Of a stretch of 64,000 nucleotides of DNA, positions 56,901 through 64,000 are shown in pieces (the stretch's first letter is position 1; each line of letters opens with the position of its first letter). Origin of the DNA: Phoronis australis (Eukaryota; Animalia; Phoronida); the NCBI GenBank assembly GCA_002633005.1, contig NMRA01000365.1:195505-259504 (forward strand). The letters run 5' to 3'. Position numbers and translations under genes: made by a program. Below the pieces are notes generated by a model. It saw only the letters and a list, made by a program, of their open reading frames with translations. It ran no database searches and had not been told where the DNA came from.

Positions 56901-59900
56901 TGCAACAAAAGATATTTTTTAAAATTAAAATAATAAAGATAATGATGAAAAATTTGCAATGTGAGTGGTAGGAGCTTATTCTTGATTTGCTGCACGGAGA
57001 CCTATAAAATTATTTTCAATTCTTATAATTATGATACAAAATTACAAAAAAATTGAAAATTGATCCATAGATTAACTAGAAAGCCTGAAATACACACACA
57101 TTTAATTCCAACAAACAATGTAATTCCAACGCAAATGGAAAAAAGTCAAGACAAAAACCTGTGTCTCATACCCCAACTGTTAGCATGGAAAAATGAAAGT
57201 CAAAAATAATGTACTTTAAACAATAGAATGCATCAATCACAATCCTAAGTTGGGCAAACTTTTCAGTTTTAAACAGTAAATACAGGAGTTAATTGTTCAT
57301 ACGCCACGCTGGTGCAGAAGAAACTATGGGACAAGAAATAACTACCAGGACACTGAAAATAGGTTGGTAGAATTTGTAAACAATGGCTTACACCAATCAG
57401 ATCATTCAGAATCTGTCACATGATGACTTCTCTCAAACTGCAAAACTCGAGTCACAAAATAGAACACGAAAAATGTCAAAATAAATTGAATTCCATCAAA
57501 AGAAATTTACACATTTGCAGTAACGAAAATAGCACTTTGTATCTCGTTTCGGCGGCACGTAGAAAATCGCACTCAGGCGGTCAGGCTTAGCACTAGCAGC
57601 CAACGGCAACGGGCGTGCATGCGGGATCAAACAAAAGAATTTCATACATCACTCACATCCCATGATTCCAATCCAATGAATAACTAGTTACGGTTGAATT
57701 TACTTTCAGGAAGCGTTGTTATTTCTAGTGTTTCATTGTTTTCAGTCCATCCTCCGACTCCAACTTAGTCCAAGCTGACTTGGCCACGAACTCGGTAATT
57801 GTTCCTCTCTCAAAGTTTACAGAGCACAAACCTTGGTTTGTGAAGACATTTACCATTTCTTTTATCCACTTTTTCCATGAAATATACAGTCTACTCCATG
57901 CTCCACGCAGAATTGCACTATTTGTCACCGCGATTTTATACCAAATGCAGACGCCATTGATGAACCTCGCTATCCCAAGCACAGGCACTTGAATTTATCT
58001 GTTCCTCGATTGCCACTGACGTCACTCACTACTAAGAAAACATGTTTCTTATAGCCTATATGGTTACGAGTCATCGGCAAATTTGAGCACTTGTAATCCG
58101 CAATTACAATTTCCGTTCCTCCAAAACATAAAGAGCAGTTTCCGCTATTCGAGTCATCAGCAACGCCGCGGTAAGAAACCAATTTACCGCGACAATTTAA
58201 TGGCAAATCTGATTTTTTCCGCGGAAATATAACATTGTTATCAGCAGTGCTCTTTCAATGACTTTGCAATAATAGACCAGGCAGTAACAACAAAGGAGCT
58301 TAAAATTCGTGAGGCTTTACATATCAGTTGGTGCAAGCCCAATCTCAATAGGCAACTGACACACCACAGACTGTCATTGTTGGTGTAGTTCATTGTCACT
58401 CCCTGTAACTGACTGTATCTGTGCTTCATTACTTGTTGCTGGGCCTAGCTAGGTGGCCACTGTATTATGACTTCTGAGGATGGTGTTTAATAAATGACAC
58501 CGAAACATGTCAAGTTTTAAATCCGTTGTTGTTTTCGTGGAAATATAACAAAAGTACGAGGATCGAATAAAAGAAAAAAGCGGAAATCCGTGTTTCCGCG
58601 GACAATTCCAAGCCTTGTAGATTTGTTTGTAGCAAATGAATGCTCATTACTGCAATTCCTGTGTGGATGGTCAAAGACGGATGAAGCACAGAATAGACTT
58701 ATTAATAAAAACATACGTCTCTGACTCAGTCTGTGGTCTGTTAAAGCAGGACCAAGTTGACCTTTGGCACCTGTCTCTTACCACATGAAACTTTCAGAGT
58801 TGGGCAATGTGATCATTTCAAAGCCACATCAAGAGGTGTAATAAAAATATCTACAAGTTTAGTGCAACCCAAGTGCTGCCTATCCCACAATTCATTGTGC
58901 AGGGTCAGGTGCTGTTAGACCTCATAAAATTAGGGAAGATAACTGTACATCCAACCTGCATCTTGTAGAAGTTATAGGTGCCGTAGAAACCATGTTTCAC
59001 ATCCACCTTGGTCAAGAGAACATCATAAGCTACGGTCTGCATTGTGTCCCAGACGATCTCTCTGGAAACAGACGGAAAACATCACACTTCACTGACACAT
59101 TTCACTTAGAATCTCCAGTTTTAAAAATCGGTTATACAGATCCAATTTTTCTGCCATTGCAGTTAGTGAATGCAAGTACCTCTAACAAAGATCTTGGCTC
59201 ATTTCTTAATATGAAATAAAACTTGTGTTTTAACCATCATATTCACCAAACTCAGATTCAGCAAATTAAAACTAAGCTGTTTTGGCCCTACCCAGCATTT
59301 TTAGCTATATTCTCAGCCAAAGAATCAACGCTTGGTGTGTATTCAATGATGTCTGCTTCATCTTTTCTGATCTCTTTCAACAGAGAGTTAGCATCTGCCT
59401 GATAGTCTGGTTTAGGGCCAAGGTTGGTGATGCCATCAGAGACCTCTGGTGTCTGTAATGTGGGCGGGTCCTAAAATATTGATCAGCTTTGAAATCATAT
59501 GGACAAATTAGTCATGGAATGAAATTCTAATTATTTGGACTGCATTCTGCCTCAAAACCGAATTATCAGTCTATTTTTAACAAGATTATAAAAATGCCCA
59601 AGCACATAGACATACTCTGAAATCATATGCCTAAACTGAATTAAACAGTTGTGCAGAAGTCTAATTAGGAGTCAAACAGGTGTGCAGAAGTCTAATTAGG
59701 AGTCAAACAGGTGTACAGAAGTCTAATTAGGAGTCAGACCTTGCTGCAAACAATAAGAAAACTAAAGCAGAATAACAAACATTTGGTAAAAAAATTAGCA
59801 TGGAGCATCTTCCAAACATGACTCTCAAGACCAGATAACATCCTTGGATTAGAAACACAAGTTAGAAACTGGAGCAAAATGCTGTCAACTAGTGAATAAT

Positions 59901-60569
59901 TTCTATCTGTATTTCATGACCAATTTAGCACACAATATATTGAACAGGTGGATTTTAATATCAAATTTCTCAGCAAAAACAAACATTAAAAAAGTTTTTA
60001 AAATATGTGGCACAGCTGTTATAAAAACAACACCTGGTAAAAATTTGCTTCCTTGTAGCAAATTAGCATAAAAAGCATAAAACGCATAACAAGAGCAACG
60101 CGGAGCGTTACAATGCGCCCACGAATGCACCGTAAACCATGTACTTATAGGGTTGCTTATTTGTAACATAAAAATGGCCACAAGATATTACAAAATACAT
60201 CGCATCCATCCGTTTCGTAAAATAACTGAAAAATTAGAATTGAAGTGTTGTCAAATGCCATGGTAAAATAGCAGCAAATATTTCGCACCCAGGTGTCTGT
60301 CTCTCGTCCTAGACACTTTTGTAGACCTCGTGACAGTTTTGGTACCCCTCTGATAAGAGCGTAGTCCAAGGCATTGAGTCCTGCTCCATCTGTGTCCATC
60401 AATGGCATACCAGAGTCGACAAGCACCTTGAGTATCTCCAGGTTATCATAGCTACCATAATGCAGTGGGGAGACCAGATGATGCAGTGCTGTGTGGCCAT
60501 CTTTGTCCTTGGTCATCAGCTGGACATTGCTGGTCTTGGTGAAACTGTCGTAGTTCATGTCAATGTCAC
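32846..60569 (-). CDS. Poly(ADP-ribose) polymerase with ankyrin + WGR + PARP regulatory + catalytic domains (PME-5/tankyrase-like); 5'-partial, 13 exons, ~634 aa in window
   Basis: Exons 60569-60289, 59470-59292, 59061-58956, 56261-56092, 51586-51442, 49020-48899, 48037-47965, 41897-41720, 41389-41282, 36207-36014, 35386-35294, 33887-33758, 32973-32846; all GT-AG and phase-consistent. Motifs DKDGHTALH, TRWGRIG, LSNEYYHLIP, NPLDYVY, LLWHGS, MFGKGIYFAD, YNEYIIY. Confidence 0.94.
33758..33887 (-). CDS. PARP exon (catalytic domain)
   Basis: VGLGQVNAMTYPDENSKAPDKFDSVMGIGRQIPNPVYNVTLPT. Confidence 0.93.
34507..34862 (+). mobile_element. 3' end of a non-LTR retrotransposon (I-group-like)
   Basis: LSQNEHVTSSRMR and VCRKSRLDDVTAEHIIYECP (degenerate CCHC knuckle), then a (caa/cag)n tail; starts at an N. 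Confidence 0.55.
35294..35386 (-). CDS. PARP exon (catalytic Tyr)
   Basis: GIYFADTFCKSKNYCHNYDPCSKTMYMLLCE. Confidence 0.96.
36014..36207 (-). CDS. PARP exon (catalytic His)
   Basis: [38 protein letters not shown]. Confidence 0.96.
37150..37262. repeat. 36-bp repeat x3
   Basis: ataatacttttcataacaattacatccatggtactg. Confidence 0.9.
37951..38274. mobile_element. MITE with CAGGG termini and 5-bp TSD (hAT5-like), copy 2
   Basis: aagga|cagggccctc...gaggcccctg|aagaa; both ends align with 23862-24143. Confidence 0.72.
40097..40365. mobile_element. hAT-like MITE with 12-bp TIR
   Basis: cagggcttggaa...ttccaagccctg; flanks tggagt/tggaat; the same left end recurs at ~56699. Confidence 0.7.
40415..40800. 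repeat. 31-bp minisatellite (gactattaatggagtgctgtttaggcaatgc)
   Basis: ~12 copies. Confidence 0.92.
41282..41389 (-). CDS. PARP exon
   Basis: EVNPLDYVYRCMDCQIKLLDQNDTMTQYILKYIHST. Confidence 0.95.
41720..41897 (-). CDS. PARP exon (regulatory domain)
   Basis: IAELSNEYYHLIPQHGFTYESLSPLDD...LVNSLLDYEMASQMMIAAQFRVK. Confidence 0.95.
44075..44720. repeat. Diverged ~245-bp tandem repeat, ~2.5 copies
   Basis: Recurring tggctcaaa..gacactcc, aaatacaggt, aatctggttt..cact.atca and tacaaagtagcatggaa blocks. Confidence 0.65.
45090..46330 (-). pseudogene. Decayed DNA-transposase remnant (possibly Sola3-like)
   Basis: N-terminal TEWQLIL..CPRHRAHLRWKPSRLCKHPFH; C-terminal GWALRSSAKK..KADPARTSQAMKKDKQFREEGWLTPQQDKGFFSLLAA; frameshifts and stops. 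Confidence 0.5.
47965..48037 (-). CDS. PARP exon (regulatory domain)
   Basis: tacag|QHVEDIEDSDEPMNDSEKTKTCEL|gt; needed to bridge phase 2 to phase 0. Confidence 0.8.
48899..49020 (-). CDS. PARP exon (regulatory domain)
   Basis: TSITSLTKATETAGFKGNHLPFGDIRRDDLIRAFKVLQTIR. Confidence 0.9.
49043..50355 (-). mobile_element. HINE family A, complete copy
   Basis: aacaagagcaacgcggagcgttgaaatgcgccc ... gtgagcgcataaaaa is the reverse complement of the family termini. Confidence 0.8.
50803..51180. repeat. 25-bp minisatellite (ctgctccatatcaaccacaggtgat)
   Basis: ~15 copies. Confidence 0.95.
51442..51586 (-). CDS. PARP exon
   Basis: FEHQPGKYRLV...PSQLPDALQGFMKDL|gtgagt. Confidence 0.92.
52148..52600. 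repeat. 32-bp minisatellite (cttaaacataccaagccttgtcctctccatcc)
   Basis: 14 near-identical copies with a/g variants. Confidence 0.97.
53125..54360 (+). mobile_element. 5'-truncated non-LTR retrotransposon with RNase H (I-group/Ingi-like), degenerate
   Basis: LQRIQNQAMRIVTSAARPTP (RT C-terminal region), ATDGS, FKAECEA, LLTNSLS, YIPGHRGISFNVKADELA (RNase H); stop and frameshift; (gaaaca)n tail. Confidence 0.85.
54361..54997 (-). mobile_element. HINE-like element, second family
   Basis: Terminal inverted repeat gcgaccacaaaa/ttttgtggttgc next to a gaca/gacg microsatellite, plus internal aaatttcat modules. Confidence 0.5.
55318..55547. repeat. ~42-bp minisatellite
   Basis: gacttgagtaatggcgtagtatatatactgcacactatacat, ~5 copies. 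Confidence 0.9.
55868..56047. repeat. ~53-bp repeat x3
   Basis: tcaagcatatattttgtacactcgtaagcatggtgataa... Confidence 0.85.
56092..56261 (-). CDS. PARP exon (WGR domain)
   Basis: IIWLKGKDLYFLFTRWGRIGDDGQYQCTPFPKREETVKEFEKVFKQKTSNDW. Confidence 0.95.
58235..58530 (+). mobile_element. Penelope-like element 3' fragment (GIY-YIG C-terminus + pseudo-LTR)
   Basis: 58236-58388 reads CYQQCSFNDFAIIDQAVTTKELKIREALHISWCKPNLNRQLTHHRLSLLV*; flanked by repeated ggaaatataaca. Confidence 0.8.
58469..58516 (+). ncRNA. Minimal type I hammerhead ribozyme (Penelope-associated)
   Basis: gactt-CTGAGGA-t-ggtgt-loop-acacc-GAAA-catGTC-aagtt: core boxes, 5-bp stem II, palindromic acatgt stem III, stem I gactt/aagtt. 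Confidence 0.78.
58956..59061 (-). CDS. PARP exon (WGR domain, N-terminal part)
   Basis: EIVWDTMQTVAYDVLLTKVDVKHGFYGTYNFYKMQ. Confidence 0.92.
59292..59470 (-). CDS. PARP exon (linker)
   Basis: ttttag|DPPTLQTPEVSDG...PDYQADANSLLKEI...VDSLAENIAKNA(G)|gtagg. Confidence 0.85.
60088..60235 (-). mobile_element. HINE family A, 3' fragment
   Basis: aacaagagcaacgcggagcgttacaatgcgcccacgaatgc terminus. Confidence 0.7.
60289..60569 (-). CDS. PARP exon (ankyrin repeats)
   Basis: KDKDGHTALHHLV...LEILKVLVDSG...DGAGLNALDYAL; ag/gt borders. Confidence 0.9.
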
Positions 60570-61081
60570 CTGGGTATAGAAGGAGCTGGGATGAAGTAAA
60601 GTAGAGTTTCTTAAAACACAATATGATGGCAGAACAGTAACATTTCATTATATCACAAATTTCAACAAGAGTAAATAAGAAAGCTGTATTACTTGATTAT
60701 ATAAAAACTTTATAAAGTATGGGTGTCATCAAAAGAAACACAGTGAAAATTTGAACATTCTTCACAATGAGCATTTAATTGAAAAATGAACACATGAAAA
60801 TTTTGGCCATTATGCTTTGTTTGAATTCAAGGAAACTATACTGTACTGAGAGACAATGCACTCCACCTAGGGTTGGTGCTAGATGTATTACGTAGTGTTT
60901 AATCACAATGCAAATTAGATTGGATCACACCACCACATTGGTTATTGAGTGAAGTAGAAGGACAACAGCACACTAAGAGGACACATATGACATGTGTATG
61001 ATGTTAGTATACAGTTCACACGTATTGGCATTCTCACAAGTTATCTAGTACATTTCTTCCAGACTCCACTATGAGAGTGCG

Positions 61082-62197
61082 AACAAAAGCAACGCGGAGT
61101 GTTGAAATACGCCCTCGAATGCACCGCAAACAATGTACTTCTAGGGGTGTTTAATTGTTATAAAAATGGCCACAAGACGGCTCAAAATACATAGAATCCA
61201 TCCAAAAAAAGGTACAACGTCATTGTTTCTACATTACAAAGCCATTTACCAAATTACATTAAAATTTGCCAAGGAACTTCAGAGGAAGTGCCACAGTAGT
61301 TGAAGTTGTCAGAAAATCATCATCAACCATCCTCTTTAGACTAAGAACATATATGCCAATTTTCAAAATCATACTTAGAGTGGTTTGCTTGATAGCAGGC
61401 GGATGCCAAAAAAACAGACTTTGTCTAGAAAACCGTAAAAATGGCCATTAGATGGCACACAATAAGTCGAATTCAGCCGAAAACAGAAAAATGTCATCAT
61501 TTCTTTAATAGAAAGCTATTTGCCAAATTTCATAACAACCGGTCAAGGAATTTCAGAGAAACAGAGGAAAACAGAAAAAATGAAATAACTGCTAGGTGTA
61601 CAATGTTCGTCGGATCCGTCTGAAAGTTGCCGTTATCTGTTGCCAACTTCATATAAACATGCTTGCAAAATTTAATAAAGATCCTACAGTGGGTTTAGGA
61701 GATTCAGCAATGGGCGCAAAAAAATGCCACTAGGAGGCGCCACAGAATTCGAAATCATCAAAAATCATCGTCAACTGTCCTCTTCACAATAAGAATATTA
61801 CATTCCAAATAAATTTTCACAATCATAATTAGAGTGGTTTGGTTGATAGAGGGGTGGATGCCAAAAAACAGGCTCGAAAAGTGTAAAAATGGCCACTAGG
61901 TGGCAAAAACTACGTCGAATCCATTTGAAAATGAGAGGATAGCGTCATCTCACTAATAGATGCCTATATGCCAAATGTCATGAAATATGTTGAGGAACTT
62001 TGAAGATATGGAGGTAAGATATGGGGCCCACCAGTAGTCAGATCTGTCTGAAAGTTCGCTCATACCCTCCCATCCATGAGAAGAACACATGCAAAATTTC
62101 ATGAACATATGCCAAAGAGTTTTGGAGACACAGCAGCGGATGCTGGACGGAGATCACGGCATAACGTGTCCATATATAAATATGTGGGCGGATAAAA
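61082..62197 (-). mobile_element. HINE family A, complete copy
   Basis: Both family termini present (aacaaaagcaacgcggagtgttg ... atgtgggcggataaaa). Confidence 0.78.
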
Positions 62198-62474
62198 TGC
62201 AATAGAAAATTCACTAATTTTTTTGATAGTCAGTTACTTGTCAGAAGCATATGGTATCAGGAAGCCTCTACCAACTACCACCCTACAGTGAACATGTTGT
62301 ACACTCGAGCAAGGTAATATGAAGTTCCATAAAGGTGATGAAAATGAACTGGTTCTGGTTTACCCTCGACTCAATTTGAAACCTGTCTCAGCTGCCATCT
62401 GGTGAGGATGACAGCAAAAAAGAAGGATCTGTAACTATTTCAGGTAGTATTAAGCAGAATTTTTTTTAAAAATA

Positions 62475-64000
62475 TAACAAAAACAATGCGGAGCGTTGAA
62501 ATGCGGCCACGAATGCACCGCTAATGGTGTGCTTCTAGGTTTGTTTATTTGTTTCATAAAAATAGCCACTAGATGGCGCAAAAACTTCAAATCCATCTGA
62601 AAACAGGAAAATGTCATCGCTTCTTTAGGGCTGTTCCAGTAAAATCTGTATGGGAGGGGGGAAGGCACCTATTTTTCGCACCCACCACCCATATTTTTCA
62701 TTTATTTCTTCAGCCTACCACCCGTAATTTTTTATAAGTTTGAAATGCAACCACCCGTAATTTTTTTTTATTCTTGTGGTTGACTGCACAGACGCTTGAG
62801 TTTATCTGTTCCTCCATCACCTCTAACGTCATTCATTACTAAGAAAACACATGTTTCTTATATATGGTTATTAGCCATCGAGAAATTCGAGCACCTGTAG
62901 TTAAATGGTGTTATGGGCATGCCGATGAGGAGATCGGAGGGAGTGAAAAAGTCGGAGCTTTTTGCAAGTTGCATTTTTGTTTCAGGTTTTGATTCTGTGC
63001 GGATTTTTATAAAATTTACTAAAATTACCCACCATCAAACATTTATGGCCCAATGAAACAACAACGACCTGTAAATTTTTATTTTTTTGAAGTACGACCA
63101 CCAGCCATTTTGAATTTAAATCAAACGCAACCACCCATAAATTTTTATTTCAGTTGCCTTCCCCCCCCTCCCACACAGATTTTGCTGGAACAGCCCTTAA
63201 TAGAAAGCTATTTACCACATTTCATAAAAATATCAGTCAAGGAACTACAGAGAAATGATGGAAAACAGAAAAAATGAAATTGACACTATGGGGCACAGCG
63301 TTCATTGGATCGGAATGAAAGACGTTGTCTGTTGTTAGCTTCATAAAAATACAATTACTAAATTTAATAAAGATCATGCAGTGTGTTAAGGAGATGCAGC
63401 TATGGGCGCAAAACAAAACAAAACTACAACTAGGAGGTGCCACAGTAGTCGAATTCATTATAGTCAACCGTCCTCTTCACAATGAGAACATACACGCAAA
63501 TTTTCAAAATCATCCTTAGAATTGTTTGGTTGATCGATGGGTGGATGCCAAAAAAAACAAACTCGAAAACAGGAAAATGGCCACTAGGTGGCGCAAAGTA
63601 CCTCGATTCCATCCGAAAACGGAAAGATAGCATCATCCCACCAATAGATGCCTATATTCAAAATTTTATGAAAATCTGTTGAGGAACTTTGAAGATACAG
63701 AGGTAAACCTAAAAAAACTAAAATTGCCACTAAGGGGCACACTGGCAGTCAGATCCGTTCGAAAGTTGTTGTTATTTGTTGCAAACATTTGCTAAATTTA
63801 GCAAAGATGCTGCAAACTGTTTAGGAGATACAGCCTCTAGGAGGCGCCACAGTAGACGAAGCCATAGGAAAATTATCGTCGGCCGTCCTCTTCGTAGTAA
63901 GAACACATTATGCCAATTTTCACAACCATGCTTGAGACGTTTGGTCGATAGAGGAGTGGACGCTAAAAACAGACTAAAAAACAATAAAAATGGCAACTAG
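62475..64000 (-). mobile_element. HINE family A copy running off the window, interrupted by a MITE
   Basis: Family 3' terminus at ~62475; internal modules continue after 63197. Confidence 0.75.
62628..63196. mobile_element. PIF/Harbinger (Tourist-like) MITE
   Basis: tta|gggctgttccag.aaaatctgt.tgggagggggg ... ctggaacagccc|tta; ~40-bp TIR, 3-bp TTA TSD; empty site ttctttaatagaaagc seen in the sibling HINE at ~61502. Confidence 0.88.

Noticed and set aside
58130-58165. Hammerhead-like CTGATGA...GAAA on the minus strand
   Set aside because: No convincing stem II pairing
62340-62430. Additional upstream PARP exon
   Set aside because: An acceptor-like tract is present, but all frames stop quickly or need an implausible 16-bp exon

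Overview
Eukaryotic (metazoan, probably invertebrate) genomic DNA, AT-rich and repeat-dense. Two convergent multi-exon genes can be rebuilt by hand with consistent splice phases, and both lack their 5' ends in this window. (1) A type II (coronin-2-like) coronin on + has 13 exons, 874..28424. Its predicted unique region is greatly expanded by a 1290-bp exon, and it has one probable GC-AG intron. (2) An ankyrin-WGR-regulatory-catalytic PARP on - has 13 exons, 60569..32846, with an intact H-Y-E triad. Introns hold a 4.1-kb Academ-like DNA transposon with ~470-bp TIRs, a TA-flanked Tc1/mariner-pogo-type non-autonomous element, many Helentron-type HINEs, Harbinger-like and hAT-like MITEs, two non-LTR retrotransposon fragments, a decayed transposase of uncertain family, and many minisatellites. 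Two Penelope-like fragments are present: one just downstream of the coronin stop and one in a PARP intron that carries a recognisable minimal hammerhead ribozyme. No CRISPR array or prokaryotic system was seen. I found no convincing wholly new system. The best leads are the ribozyme, the unusual architectures of both proteins, tandem repeats built on splice and stop signals, and the orientation bias of the repeats. All calls come from reading the sequence; no searches were run.
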